DNA from: Owenia fusiformis
Lineage: Eukaryota
Assembly: GCA_903813345.2 (NCBI GenBank)
Contig: CAIIXF020000001.1
Location: 49,042,001 to 49,106,000 of the forward strand
Reading direction: 5' to 3'
Length of the DNA stretch: 64,000 bases
Part shown: positions 40,201-53,000 of the stretch, in pieces
Position numbering within the stretch: position 1 is the first letter of the stretch
Layout of the letters: each line of letters begins with the position of its first letter
Made by a program: the position numbers and the translations under genes
Notes under the pieces: generated by a model
The model's input: the letters and a program-made list of their open reading frames with translations, nothing else
Told to the model about the DNA's origin: nothing
The model's database searches: none

Positions 40201-43200
40201 AAAATATTATATAAACTACATCAATGTATGCTTATATGCAAAATATAGTAAAACCTCGGAATAAGAACACTTTTAATGATCACCTCAAAATGAGAGCACT
40301 TTTATCATTTTCCCTTTTTAACTCATTTTGTCAGAATTTCTTTACGTGAACACCTTTTCAGCAAGTAGAGCTTAGTAAATTCATCAATCAGTCCTAATTG
40401 GGCACATGTTCCTTCAGAGGTGTTGGCTTGGGAATAAAAGACTACAGAAATATCCTCAGGTTTTGAAAAATATCATTTATACCCAATGAAAAATTAAAAA
40501 AAAAATCATTTTGCAGAATTATCAAAAAAAAAATCAAAAACATCGAATATCACTTTTTAGAAGTAATATTTGATGATTTGGGGACTTTTTTGCTTAATAT
40601 GACATCTTGATCCACATATCAAAAATATTTTCACGTCATATTCATTCTTTATCCCATAGATGAGGTCAAATCTGTAGAATAACACATATATCTATTTATG
40701 ATATTTTGCAAATGCATGGAAAAAAGCGGTATCTTTGGAATACAGAGAATATTCCACAGATATCACTTTTCCACGGATTCTAAAACTCCCGCCAATGTGA
40801 CGTGCATTGTTACATGACCTTACATGGTGATTTCATGACGTCAAAAATATGGAAATGATTGACGTGGCTATATAGTTTCAATCCAATCATTGATATCTCT
40901 CAAAATCATAGGATATCCTATACATATCCTTGCAACCATGGGATAACAAGGTGTTTCTGGAATTTCATTTACCTTCATGTCACGCCAGTCACTGGAGATA
41001 CCATTTGTGCTTGGTAGATATGCAACCACTGTTGGTGTCTCTGGGTTAGGGGAGATACGGACAAATGATGTACCAGCCATGAGTCCCATTATGATGTATT
41101 CTTCACCATTCACTGGATCAGTCCATGCCCAGAGATCATTACCATCTAAACTGATTTAAAAGTACATTTGCACATGAATGGGTAAGGATCATTAACATAT
41201 TATTTGCAATACAGGAATCATTTTGGGATCAAAACTAGTAAAATCAGTACATGTTTAAGAGCATTAGCCAGTGGTCCCAAAACCTTGCATGCTACCAGTT
41301 GAAAATCCATTTGCATCCAGTTGCAATTTTAGATAATCATGTAAAATATGGACATGTGGACACAAGAATCTGAGGAAATGACTATTATAGTAAGAACAAT
41401 CCTTGGTTTGTCGAATTATCCAACTGATGCCATCATCCAAAGACTCCATCAAGACAAGAATAAATATGTTTTCTTTCAATTCTAATTGTGTCAGAGGTTA
41501 AAGTTTCAGATTATATCAGCATAAAAAGTATGGAATCTACCAGTAGTTATTTCTAAAAACAGCGAACTATTTTTTTAATATATAATTTCAAGCTAGCCTA
41601 GACTAAGAGAAATAAATATATACTTGAATGCATTGTTGTACTCCAGATCCAACTGTTCCATTGAGATAAATGCTACCTGGTCTATGTTCCTGCAAGCATG
41701 GGCTCCAGCAAAACCTAAAACACATAATATACAATTGTAGACCTCAGGTCAACTGGCAAAATTGTATACTGATACTGTAAAGGCTTAGAAAGTACTGTTA
41801 ACCGAGACCGGAGGTGGTTCTATAAGCTTATCATTGACACAAGGTATAGCCTCCTCAATGGTTATGTATGCTTATCCTTGTCACAAGGTATAGCCTCCTC
41901 AATGGTTCTATATACTTACAACTGACACAAGGTATAGCCCCCTTGGTGGGTGGTTCTATATGCTTAACATTGACACAAGGTATAGCTCCCTACGTGGTTC
42001 AATATGCTTACCATTGACACAAGGTATAGCTCCCTATGTGGTTCTGTATGCTTACCATTGACACAAGGTAAAGATCTCTCAGTGGTTTTATATGTTTACA
42101 ATGACACAAGGTATAGCTCTCTCAGTGGTTTTATATGTTTACAATGAAGGTATAGCTTCCCCAGTGGTTTTATATGTTTACAATTGACACAAGGTATAGC
42201 CCCCTTGGTGGTTCTAAATGCTTACCATTGACACAAGGTAAAGATCTCTCAGTGGTTTTATATGTTTACAATGACACAAGGTATAGCTCTCTCAGTGGTT
42301 TTATATGTTTACAATGACATACATGTAAGGTATAGCTTCCTAGGTATAGCCCCCTTGGTGGTTCTAAATGCTTACCATTGACACAAGGTATAGCCCCTTC
42401 GGTGGTTCTAAATGCTTACCATTGACACAAGGTATAGCCCCTTCGGTGGTTCTGTAAGCATATTCAGGGCAGGTGCCAGCAGCTCTACAGGCCTGTCTGG
42501 CTGCAGACTGTTCTCTCTTGTACTCCATAGTTAGCTTCATGCGCTCCCTGGCTCCATCATACTGACTTGGGGCTGCATGGTAGGAATTTATTCTAAAAAT
42601 TGTACATTGTTAGATAAATTAATCAACATCTATATAAAAATATAACAAGGAAAACAACAACTCCAGTGAGCAGCAAATCCCACCAAACATGTATCTTCTC
42701 AAAGGACCATGTGAGATATTGCAAGTGATTTTAGATGGTCATATATTTCACCTCTCTGAAAAATCATGGATTAGGACCCCACCTTGGCACTTTTTAAAAA
42801 TGTTAGGCTTATTTTCTAAAAGAGGATCTTGCCATACCTCACATGGACTTCTTCCTCCTTTTTTGAAACTTGTGATAGTAACAGCAATTAGTCAGTTGTA
42901 ATCTGTCATTTTGGCAAAACTACTTGAAGAACATTATTTCATATAAACAAAATCAATCAAATATATTATAAAGCATAAAGCATTAACTGAATCTGACAAC
43001 TTGTTTTTGAGTTATCACCTGGATACATTGGAGAATGAATGAATGGCCTCTCTTCACTTTCTGATCCTAATTATCCCATTGAACAATCGTAAGAGATATA
43101 ATGATGCCCTCTCCCCCCAAAAAACAATTTTGTAAAGTTTCTTAAAAAAACATGAACAAATTAGTTAGAAATGCTTAGAATGCACCATTTACAATGTAGG

Positions 43201-44235
43201 AAAAAAATGTCTAGGGGTAAACCCTGTACCCCCTTTTTTTGATGCTCGCTTTACTTGTAGTGATGCAAACCAAAGAAATCGCACTTCCCTTGACATTTGC
43301 TGGTTACGCCCCTGGATGTATGCATTTGTAATAAAAAAAATTTGGCTAATGACTGTTTGATCAATCAAACTACACATTAAAAAAAAAACTTACTTGAATG
43401 GCGCATTATTTTTGACTGGACACGAAGCTGTTCTCTTACACTGCCCCCATGGTTCATAGGCACACCTCTCTGGTCGGCCAAAAGCTCCAACAACCCACAG
43501 CAATGGAAAAACCTGAAACACATTAAAGGTCCAAATATATTCAATCTTAAACCCATGCATCTTCATATATCTTGGTATGTAGTATCTGATACTCATAGCA
43601 TCTCTCTCTCTGTTGCATCGCAGATCCTATCCAGAGGGATGATTAATTAATAACAATCAACCAGAGTGATGAACGTTCATAGAACATTATTGTATGGTTC
43701 AAACATATCAATCTATGATTAATATGAAAGGTCTTGTAATTGTTAATTATTTTGAAATACCTTATATAACAAAATTTGGCCTGTCTTAGAAAAATCTATG
43801 GAAGCACAAAAAAGGATTGTTTCAGATTTGGTACTATTCTATATACTTATGTCATATGTTTATAGATCGAAGCAATAAGACTGGTAATATTATGGAACAC
43901 ACTTTTAGTGTTCTCAGAGTGATTTTTCAACATTATTTGTCAAGTGGGATTTAACCAGATTTGTTTTAAAAAAATAAATATATTGGAAAATTGAACATTG
44001 AAAATAAAATGTGTGAATAACAGATTTGAAAATTATACACCGATTTTAATTCATCAAAACTTCTATTGACATTTCTTGGACCACACCTCACCTGGTATTT
44101 TATTTAAAATCATTATAATGATTAAGTTGTTCTTTAAAAGAAGCATTTTATTTAAATTGTTATCATAATAAGTCCTTGTTAAAGAAGTTATAAAAATTGT
44201 TATTTTTTAAGTCAACTTACCAATTGCAAGTACAT
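37270..44235 (-). CDS. Secreted choice-of-anchor B family protein (predicted beta-propeller), 519 aa
   Basis: Exons 44235-44221, 43512-43394, 42592-42420, 41714-41624, 41150-40973, 40136-39914, 39732-39488, 38974-38904, 38131-37854, 37436-37270 give 1560 nt in phase. Signal peptide MYLQLVFPLLWVVGAFG. Motifs GNDLWAWTDP..GEEY, SDWRDMKV..NHAYIVSEA.GHGLQVFDLTRLR, GNAHNI, GGLHMLD, DGYVHDAQC..YNGPD..Y.GREICF, YTHQGWLTED....MDDE.DE, IDHNQYV......QANY..GLRV, YFDVYP..FNGAWS.YP..SG....SSIE.GL. Confidence 0.88.
39025..39228. mobile_element. GC-rich MITE with a 5-bp TSD (hAT5-like)
   Basis: GTCTG|CAGGCCCGTAGCCAGG...CCTGGCTACGGGCCTG|GTCTG: perfect 16-bp TIR and 5-bp TSD. Confidence 0.92.
41813..42453. 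repeat. ~43-44-bp minisatellite made of an exon 3' end plus its splice donor
   Basis: About 14 units of TGCTTACCATTGACACAAGGTATAGCCCCTTCGGTGGTTCTAAA. The last unit is the real end of exon 42592-42420 (TTEGAIPCVNG|gtaagc). Confidence 0.92.
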
Positions 44236-44484
44236 GTTCCTCTTTTATGATACGAATGCATATAATGTACAAGTATATGAAAAAAATAGTACTTAACTTT
44301 GTGAAAATGCCATATGGGACTTGACGTCAAATATATCACAAAGGGTGTAGTTTTTTAATAAATTGATATGAACCGACCCACCGAGAGTATTTTATTAGGT
44401 TTTTCTCTAGAAATTTATAGCAACATGTGGTAATGAATATGAATCGATAGAATCTAGAGATGATATAATGTGAAAACTGTTGAA

Positions 44485-45042
44485 AGTTATCGTTGAAAAA
44501 ACTGAAAGCACCGCGAGTTGATTGTAGAATGGATTGTGGAAGTTTTTTCATGCATTTCGCTTATGTTTTTCATCTAAAAAAACATCAATTCACTTTATAA
44601 TCTTAAATACACACCTTATTGAGTTGTTTTGGTTTATATCGCAACCCAATGAGGTGTGTATTAAAGATTTACTTTCCTGTTATATCAAAATCTTCTTGGG
44701 ACTATACCATTGGATTTCTATGGGAAATTCCTCTAAGAGAATATTCTAGGGATTAAAGAATGTGTTCAGTTTACACAATTTGAGAAATTATTGACAAACA
44801 TGAAATCAATCTAAAACAGCATTTAATTTATTCAAAAGTGTTAATTATCAATGATTCCAAACCCTTTGAAGTTTGAAAAATAAAAATACCTGGGTGTTAA
44901 TCCATAGATATTTTTTGGGATTATATGGTGCAATCTTATAGTCAATAAAATGTTTTAAAGTGAGCGAAATGCATGAAAAACTCCCCCAATTCATTCTACA
45001 AACAACTCGCCATCCTTTGTATTTTTTTATAATAATTTTTCA
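44485..45042. mobile_element. Old MITE with degenerate inverted arms
   Basis: GCGAGTTGATTGTAGAATGGATTG...TTTTTCATGCATTTCGCT is the reverse complement of AGCGAAATGCATGAAAAA...CAATTCATTCTACAAACAACTCGC. Confidence 0.6.
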
Positions 45043-47024
45043 GACAGTTATGAGTTCGCTCATAGACTTTGTTTTTGCTATCTTCACCCAGTTTTGATAC
45101 ATGTTCAAAAACTATGTTAACCTGGCTGGGCCTTATCTTTTTATTTTAGGCCAAATTATCAAAAAAGGGGCTTATTTTCAATTTGGCCCAATTTTTGGTT
45201 TTAAGGGTCCAATATATTTTCCCGTCCAAGTGCAGAAATTTTTTCTTCTGACTTGAAATGTGCCCCCTGGTTAGCTTCTGGTTTTGGTAGCGCCTGCTGT
45301 ACTTTCAAGGGTAAAAAGACCAAATCCTATTTTTATGAAAATGGTGATGATGCTTGGGGTCCGCGCAATAACCAAAACCCATAATAACGATGCGCATTGT
45401 ACCGAAAGGCGTTATACAGAATGCCATAATACCAATGCGCATTGTACTGAAAAGTTTTCCTGCGTGTAACTATCTGCTTGTAACCTTTAAGAGACAATGC
45501 AAGCACAAAGTAATTGGTAGACAAATTAATAAACACGTTTTCAATGTTTATTTGGAGTAAATATTAGTTTTCAAGTTAGAATTGACATTAGAATTGACAA
45601 AAATCCTTACAAACGGGAGAACATCTATTTTGAGACTAGAACAACCTGTCGCCGTTTTCATTTGATACCCAGAGATAAAAAAAACCCAGTTCGTTTGTCT
45701 GTTTGTCCGTCTATTTATTCGGAAAACAACTCAATAGTTTAAAGGAATACACCTAATGGCCATAGGACGTCAGATTTAGAAGAATCTTCCAAAATGGAAG
45801 CCAATAAAAAGTTGCCATAATTTGAACATCCATTTCATGTTGTCTAGCCTTAGTCCAAGGAACCTTTCTCGAGGGTAGAGAAACGGGATAAAAATTTTAA
45901 AAAAAATACAGTAAATTGAATTGAAGTTAAATGTAACACATTATGTAATAGATGATGAAATGTTTTTACAAACTGACAACATTACTTACAATTCTATGAT
46001 TTGAAATAGCTAGCCACATATACAACGCTCTACGCACCATTGGAAAGCTCATCTTGTCTTCTTTAATCTCCTTTCTAACAGAAGTGAATCAATCGTTACG
46101 CATTGAACTTTGATAATAGATGACAAAACATTTATTGCTGACTGACAACACTACATATGATTTGAAATACATGTAGCTAGCCACATACATGTACCTGTAT
46201 ACAGCACACCATTGGAAAGCTTATTTAGTGTTCTTTATCTCTTTAGGGTTATTTTATAACTAGACTCTGCATGCAGGGTATAGTCTAATGTCTCTGGGCA
46301 GAAGAAGCTTGCCTCATCACGGGTCACTATCATCGTGTTCTGAGACTCGAGTAAGTGTTCTCTATTGCCAGGCAAGCGAGACAAGGTTTGGAAAATTTTC
46401 ACCTCATTGTATTAAAAAATAGTTCTGCTTATTGTCACCGACTGCCATTGAGAGTGAATGTAACTATTACCTTCTGTCTGATTGGGCACACTGACCAGTG
46501 TTGTTCTACATGCTTATTGAGTCACAAGGCTTGCTCTATTGACTTCTTATTCCTTCTAGACGAATTCCTGTGTGTTGTGGAGTACAATGTCAAATGCTGC
46601 AGATCAAGGATTACTGAGATCACTTACTCTCCCGAGAAACGCACATATTGATGTTGAAAACAAAGCATCGAAAGTCTTTATTTTCACTAAACTTTTTTTC
46701 TATTTTTGAGAAATCTTTAAGCTACACTGAACGAACTTGTAAAAGTATCATGAGCGGGAAATTTAAAACTTTTTAGTATAAAGGTTACTGCCATTGCTAA
46801 CTTACAGTAGCAATTCGAAATCCTTATATATGTCATATTTATTCTATTTATTCTATGATTCATTGAATATGTCACGTTATTGTATCCTAAAAATCACGAC
46901 TGAAGCGCGTTTAAAACTTTTTCAGATGGACGAGTCCATTTTGAAGGCACCACCCCTCGAAGTTGTTGTGAGCCTCGGAATCATTTCACCGGCAAACTCG
47001 GATCAAGTTTCTCGCAGGAGGAGG

Positions 47025-50000
47025 ATGAACGTGAATTTCTCCTCTATTTTGGCATATTTTGCCTTACTTGTGCCGTTTTCAAGTCAAACAACAAGACAGA
47101 AAAGGGATGCAACCGACACGCAGTAAGTATAGTGTATATGATTTTATTGAATCCTTTTTAAATCTCGCGCACTTCAAATCAATGATCTTTTTCAGAGGAG
47201 GAGGGGCAAATCATAAAAAATCTTTATGATGATGATCCCATCTCTGTTTAGATTTTACATGTCTATGATGTTCTGTCTATCTAATAACAGTGACCAATTG
47301 CTAATCCTCTTAGGGACAGTGTGGATTATGCACATATTACCTAGGGGGCTGTGGGTCGGGGGGGGGGTGTTCACAGCATTGCCATAAAAAAGCAAAAAAT
47401 TTAAATATGAAGACGAGCCCTCACCCGACCCAAGGATAGTTACCGGGCTCATATTGAGTCATATTCATGGGTGTAGCCAGGGATGAAGCAGGCGAGGTCT
47501 CCCCGAACATTATCCAGGGGTTTCACTAGGATTCAGAACAACAGGCATTTTGCCCAAAACAACAGGCGAAAGTATTTCTTAAAATATTCGCCGCTCGCTT
47601 CGCTCGCATTGTACATTTTTAGCACAAATATTCGCCGCTCGCTTCGCTCACGTTTTATACTCCAAAAATGTATAGATGATTCATCCTTTTCATATTCATT
47701 GAAATTACCATGTGTGCACTTATTGTAAAGAAACATCGTACTGCCAGTAGTATAATAGTACAACAATTAAGTGGAATGTATATCACACAAATGAAAAACC
47801 AAGAGCAGATCAAGTAGCAAGATATTGTATTTGCCAGTATGGTAATACAATGAGAATTTAACAGAAGCATACTTCATACTGGTGAAGAACAAGATGAGAG
47901 CTGAAGTACCAAGGTACTGTATTTGGTACATACGCCATAAAAATCAGCTAACAAGTATAATATAAAAAGATACCACATAGTGCATGATGAAGAAAACAAT
48001 ATGAGAATTCAGGCAGAGAGATAGTGATCCCTGTGGTAGTAATATTAATGTGTAAGAGGCATCATTTTCCAGGGTTTAAATATTTTTAATTGATAAAAAT
48101 TAACCACTAATTATTTAGTGAAATGAATGTAATATCTTTCTCAACAGCTGTTTAATCCAAGTGATTTCAAACTGGAAAGAAACATTGCTGAACAAGATTA
48201 CAAAACCCGGGCTAAGGTAATACAAGAATGTTTATAGTTTATGGGCATCTATCATTTTGATTTTGAGCATCAACTATGTCCTGGAAATTAGATAAAATCA
48301 TTTGGGTCTACACTGTCACTGTCACTGTCGTCATCATCATCATCATCATCACCATCATCACAATCAGATTCATCAGTGTCAATCCCAAGGTTTTCAGCAC
48401 ACTTTTTTAGTTCCTCTCTATCAAGCTGCTCCTTCTCAACATCAGAGGGGATCATAGCGATTCTTCTTGCAGAATCATACCTCCTAGGTTTCATTAAATC
48501 GAAAAGCTCTTTCGCCCTCTTGGCCACCTGAAGGGAATCTGTAGCAGGAGGGCCATTGATGGAGATCATAAGTAGGCTGTTCAACATGCTGCTAGTGAGT
48601 TGACTTCTTAATCTGGACTTAATCAGCCTCATTTTACTGAAGCCCCTCTCTGGCCAGGCATTGCTCACAGGAATCACCAACAAACATTCTGCTATGGCCG
48701 AGAGCAGGGGAAATACAATAGTTAACTGATGTTGCTGTATTCTTAGACATGCCCATTCCTCTCCTGTTTTGTCTGCAAGTGGATCAGTGCCTGTTAAATA
48801 AAGATTACATCATGTATCTTTTTTAAGAATTGGTATGTGGTCAGATGCATATTTAGATAATTTAAGGATTCTCAATTAAGGTATTTTATTAAGAATCAAT
48901 GTTACATTCAATGGATTCTTGGGACTGATTACCCAGTGGCATAATAACTTAAATTATTACCCAGTGAAATTAAAAAGACCAAACTTACCAGATTCTTTTA
49001 ATGATTGGAGATGTGCCTTCCATTTAATGAGGTCATATTTAAACTTTCCATACTCTGCCAATACCTCTTGGCTGTCTGATTCGCTAAGGAACTTGGTTCT
49101 TAGATACCCTGCGTGCAGAGTCTAGTTAAACTACACTCTGCCTAGTAGAGACCATATCAAAGTTTAGTAGCCCCGCCCCCACGACGGGTACCGGTGACAG
49201 TTTGGGTAATAAATCACTTCTGACCTACGCTCTGACCTTTCTTCCACCAATCTGCGAGCTTGAAGAAACATACGCCAAATGCGTTCTAATTAAATATGCG
49301 CATGTCATTGGTCAATTCCTGGCTCAACGATGACGTCAGAAGGAATGACCATATATAGAACGTCGGTCAAATTTGGCCGACGAACACTGATAGGCGCGGT
49401 GAGTTCACAGGTTTATTTTAGTTTGAAAGAGTGAAGACGAAGCTCTCTTTTAAGAAGTGAAGTCAAACGAATGCAAAGGGTAGTTCTTAGAGCAAGAATC
49501 TCAGTTGTACCATAATCCTAAATATATAATAAAGAGATGATTTGAAGTACACGATAAGATTGCTGTGTACATGCATTTAGTATAAAGTTCATAAATATTT
49601 ACCAGTAAATCTAATAAAAATAAAGGACCCATGGTCCTGTGCTCATAATACGAATAGCAGTTTTGGGGCCAATGTTGATGGATGGGCGGATAGAGGGATG
49701 GACGGACAGACTCCTTGTCAATATCATATGCTCACTGTGACCCAAAAATTTAATGTCAGATTTTACCTGGAATTCTGTGGAGGCTCTGTCAGGTATTTGC
49801 AACGGGTTAAATATTGAAAAATGCTCTAGCAGTGGAATCTCCTTGAATCTTTCTTCAATGTTTTTCATTAGAGCCTGGATGTAGTCTCTGTGGAGCTTAA
49901 TCAGACGTTCCTCTTCGTTCCTCTACATATCATATTAAATAGTGAAAGTTATGAATTATCCCTTCAAATCATTTTAAAAGATCAAGGGTTCCAGAAATAT

Positions 50001-53000
50001 TCATACAGAGATGAAATCAGGCCTATATGCTCTTTATTATGCTTTTGACTCTGTGAATGTGACTCTTTTTAAATGTTGTCTTTTTCTCACCTGGGAGAAG
50101 AAACTTGATATTGGAGGTTGTTTCTGTCCTTGCTTCATATTTCTTCTGACGCTTTGTGATGGAATTGGCCGTGATGGAATTGGATTTTTCTTCAATAGAG
50201 TAACAAAATGATTTGATATAAACTGTGCACCTTGTCTAGAATCCAATGATCCATCACGTGAAAACATGACTGCGACTGTTTCCTTTTCATCAACAGCTTC
50301 TGTTGGTTCTATAAGCCCATGGTATAGAGGTCGCATGGCTTCATTAACCCTAGGGAATATAGATGCCACGTCTCGACTGCTTTTATCTCCTTTGTATTTA
50401 TTTTAAATAGATTCCGAAATAGCGAACATCAAACTGAAAAATTACGCGCTCGTAAATTTGTCGTATTATCACTCTCCGATAAAGAGGTACAAAAAATATT
50501 TCAAAAAAACATTTTGCCCCGTTTTTCAAAGCTAATACTCGATTATATTGATGGGCTTCGTTGGTTTTGGCGAAATCTGTTTATTGGTGAGTTGTTACAT
50601 GTTCGTACATGTATAGTTCAGTGTGTTTTAGTTTAATGGTAGGTGGATTCTGAAAATCACATTATTGAATCTACTTTTCACCCAACTCACTCCTTTCGCT
50701 GGGCCAAAAACAACCGGAGAAACGTTGAAAATAACCGGAGATTTTCGCCGGTCGCCGGCTTGTAATGAAACGCTTGTTATTAGAAAACAAAATATTCAAG
50801 ACATTTTTCTGAACAGTGAAACTATAAAGATGATGTCTAATAGTGGCATTATATAGCTTTTAATTCAGTTTTGACTCAAATATTTAAACTTTGTCTCACC
50901 TATTTTGAGATCCTAGCTACGCCTTCCCCATTGTAATCTGTCCAGGTAGTAACGCCCTTGATATTTTTTTCAATTTAAAGCAAATATTTACTATTATCTG
51001 GAAAAATGGAAAATGAAACTCACTGGCACTTGGAAATGAATCAGATCAGATTTAGAGATTAGTATTTAGTACCATTAAAATATGAAAGCGCACCATTTTT
51101 TGTTACCAGATTATTGGCTTTACTAATGCTCCAATGATTTATTATTGTTCTTTTGAGGGAAATTTTTTTCTTATCCATAGTCTCATCTTGATCTTCATGT
51201 ATATTATAGTTGTAATTATGTATTGCTTCACTTATTTCTTATTATCCTCTCTTTCAGGCCTAAAATCATTACAAACAATGGACATCTAATGTTCCAAACT
51301 GGTGTAAACCATAATATCACATTCCAATCAAACTCTGCTACAGGGGGATATATAAATATAGATGGTGTTAACTTCAAGACAATAATAGAAAATGTAAGTA
51401 TATATTTCATTAAATTATTAATCATTTAAGTATCTGTATATTACATGTTCATAACAATTCCCTAGCTGGCTGGTTTCAAGTTATTGTTACTGACGATTGC
51501 TTTGAAACCACATAAAATACCAGCAACAGACACCATAATCTTGTCATTTCCATTTTATTTTTAATCAAATTAGAATCTACTAATTAATGACACGCAGTTA
51601 ATCTTGTCAAACTTAATCACATAATCATTTAAACAAACTTGTAATGTTAGATGTATTGTGATACTCCTCCCATTTCCTTTCTTATAACAGATGATATCAT
51701 GTTAATCCAGATGAAGAGATTAGCATAGTACTCCATGATGATTATGAGTGATGTAAATGAATAAATATTTCCCTTGTGATGTAAATCATTGAATTTAAGG
51801 CTGTGTCTGATCCTGATTTAACACAAAATGTTTTTCGTTCATAATAACCTGTTACTTTCACCATCAATAGCCTTTGGAACATACTTCCTTTCTCGAAATT
51901 CCTTGTCATGCAAATAATCATTGTGATTAATTTCAAATTAAAAACTGCTCACACCTTTTTTAGTTGTCAGTGGTACTTTCTATATGAGTGATTTGTTTCA
52001 AGTTTCATTTATTGCCGAAAAGAAGGTTTATGATTCTGAAAATTGTGTTTCATTATGAATTGAAAAATTTGGGTTGATTTAGAATGAGAACAACAACTCT
52101 AGGCCTTTATGCTATAAACATTGTTGAACCCAAAACATCCTGAAATTGTATACTTGAATGAATGTAGTACAAACAATACATAAAATGCTGATTGAAACTA
52201 TGTACGTCAGACATCAGTGCTATATCTTTTCTGTACTTGTCTCAGCTATTCCTACGCCATATGAAGAACTGGATCTGGCTGTATCATCTTTCACTCAGTG
52301 TGTCCTCCAGTCATTACCATCAAACATAATCTCAAACAAGAATTAGAAATTTTAACAAACAACAGATTGCATTAACCTATAAGCTAATCAGAGAGGCATG
52401 CATATTATGTTAGAGTCTTTGATAACAAGAGACTCAATTTGATATTGTTAAATGGGATTAAACCCATCCGAAAGGGGAGGGGCATTAATGGGGGGCGATC
52501 CACTCCCTTTTCTAAAAAAAAATTTTCTGGGGGGCATGCTTCTAGACCTCCTTGGCTTGTGGCAGTGTGTGTCGTAGACGCTTTGCGTGGGTGTGTCGGC
52601 GGCGCAATCCATCCACACACAAAAGTCACCCCCCTCTTGGGAAATCCTTTGGATGGGCCCGGGGGATAATCAAATTTTAAATCTTCACTTAGTTGTTCAT
52701 AGTCATTATGTATGTATTCAGTTCCATTATGCTTTGGTTCTTCTATATTTTCTGTGAATTCAGTGGTTATTAAAGTCAATTCAAGTCAATTCTCAGTGAT
52801 CAATCTACTTGTTCTGATGCAGACAAACAGGATATTTGTGGCCAATACAGGATGAACTATACAACTTGTTCTTCACACTAAAGCACTAATTAGTTCTAGG
52901 CTACAGTGCTTCAAAGAGGCAAGATAACTATCCCAATCTGAGCTAGTAAAGTATTAAATTACAACAATTTACAAACACTGAAATAGATACTATTTGCTCC

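Larger units (their letters stand above)
47515..50776 (-). mobile_element. Internally deleted hAT transposon in cubilin intron 1
   Basis: TTATC|CAGGGGTTTCA ... TGAAACGCTTG|TTATT: imperfect TIR and a 4/5 match of the 5-bp flanks. Subterminal AAACAAC(A/C)GG repeats; contains transposase exons. Confidence 0.7.

Noticed and set aside
41813..42453. CRISPR-like periodic repeat
   Set aside because: The variable parts are diverged copies of the same unit, which derives from the adjacent exon; there are no cas genes.
46794..47024. N-terminal extension of the ORF upstream of the cubilin ATG
   Set aside because: The ATG at 47025 directly precedes a signal peptide and RQKR, so the upstream in-frame sequence is most likely UTR or promoter.
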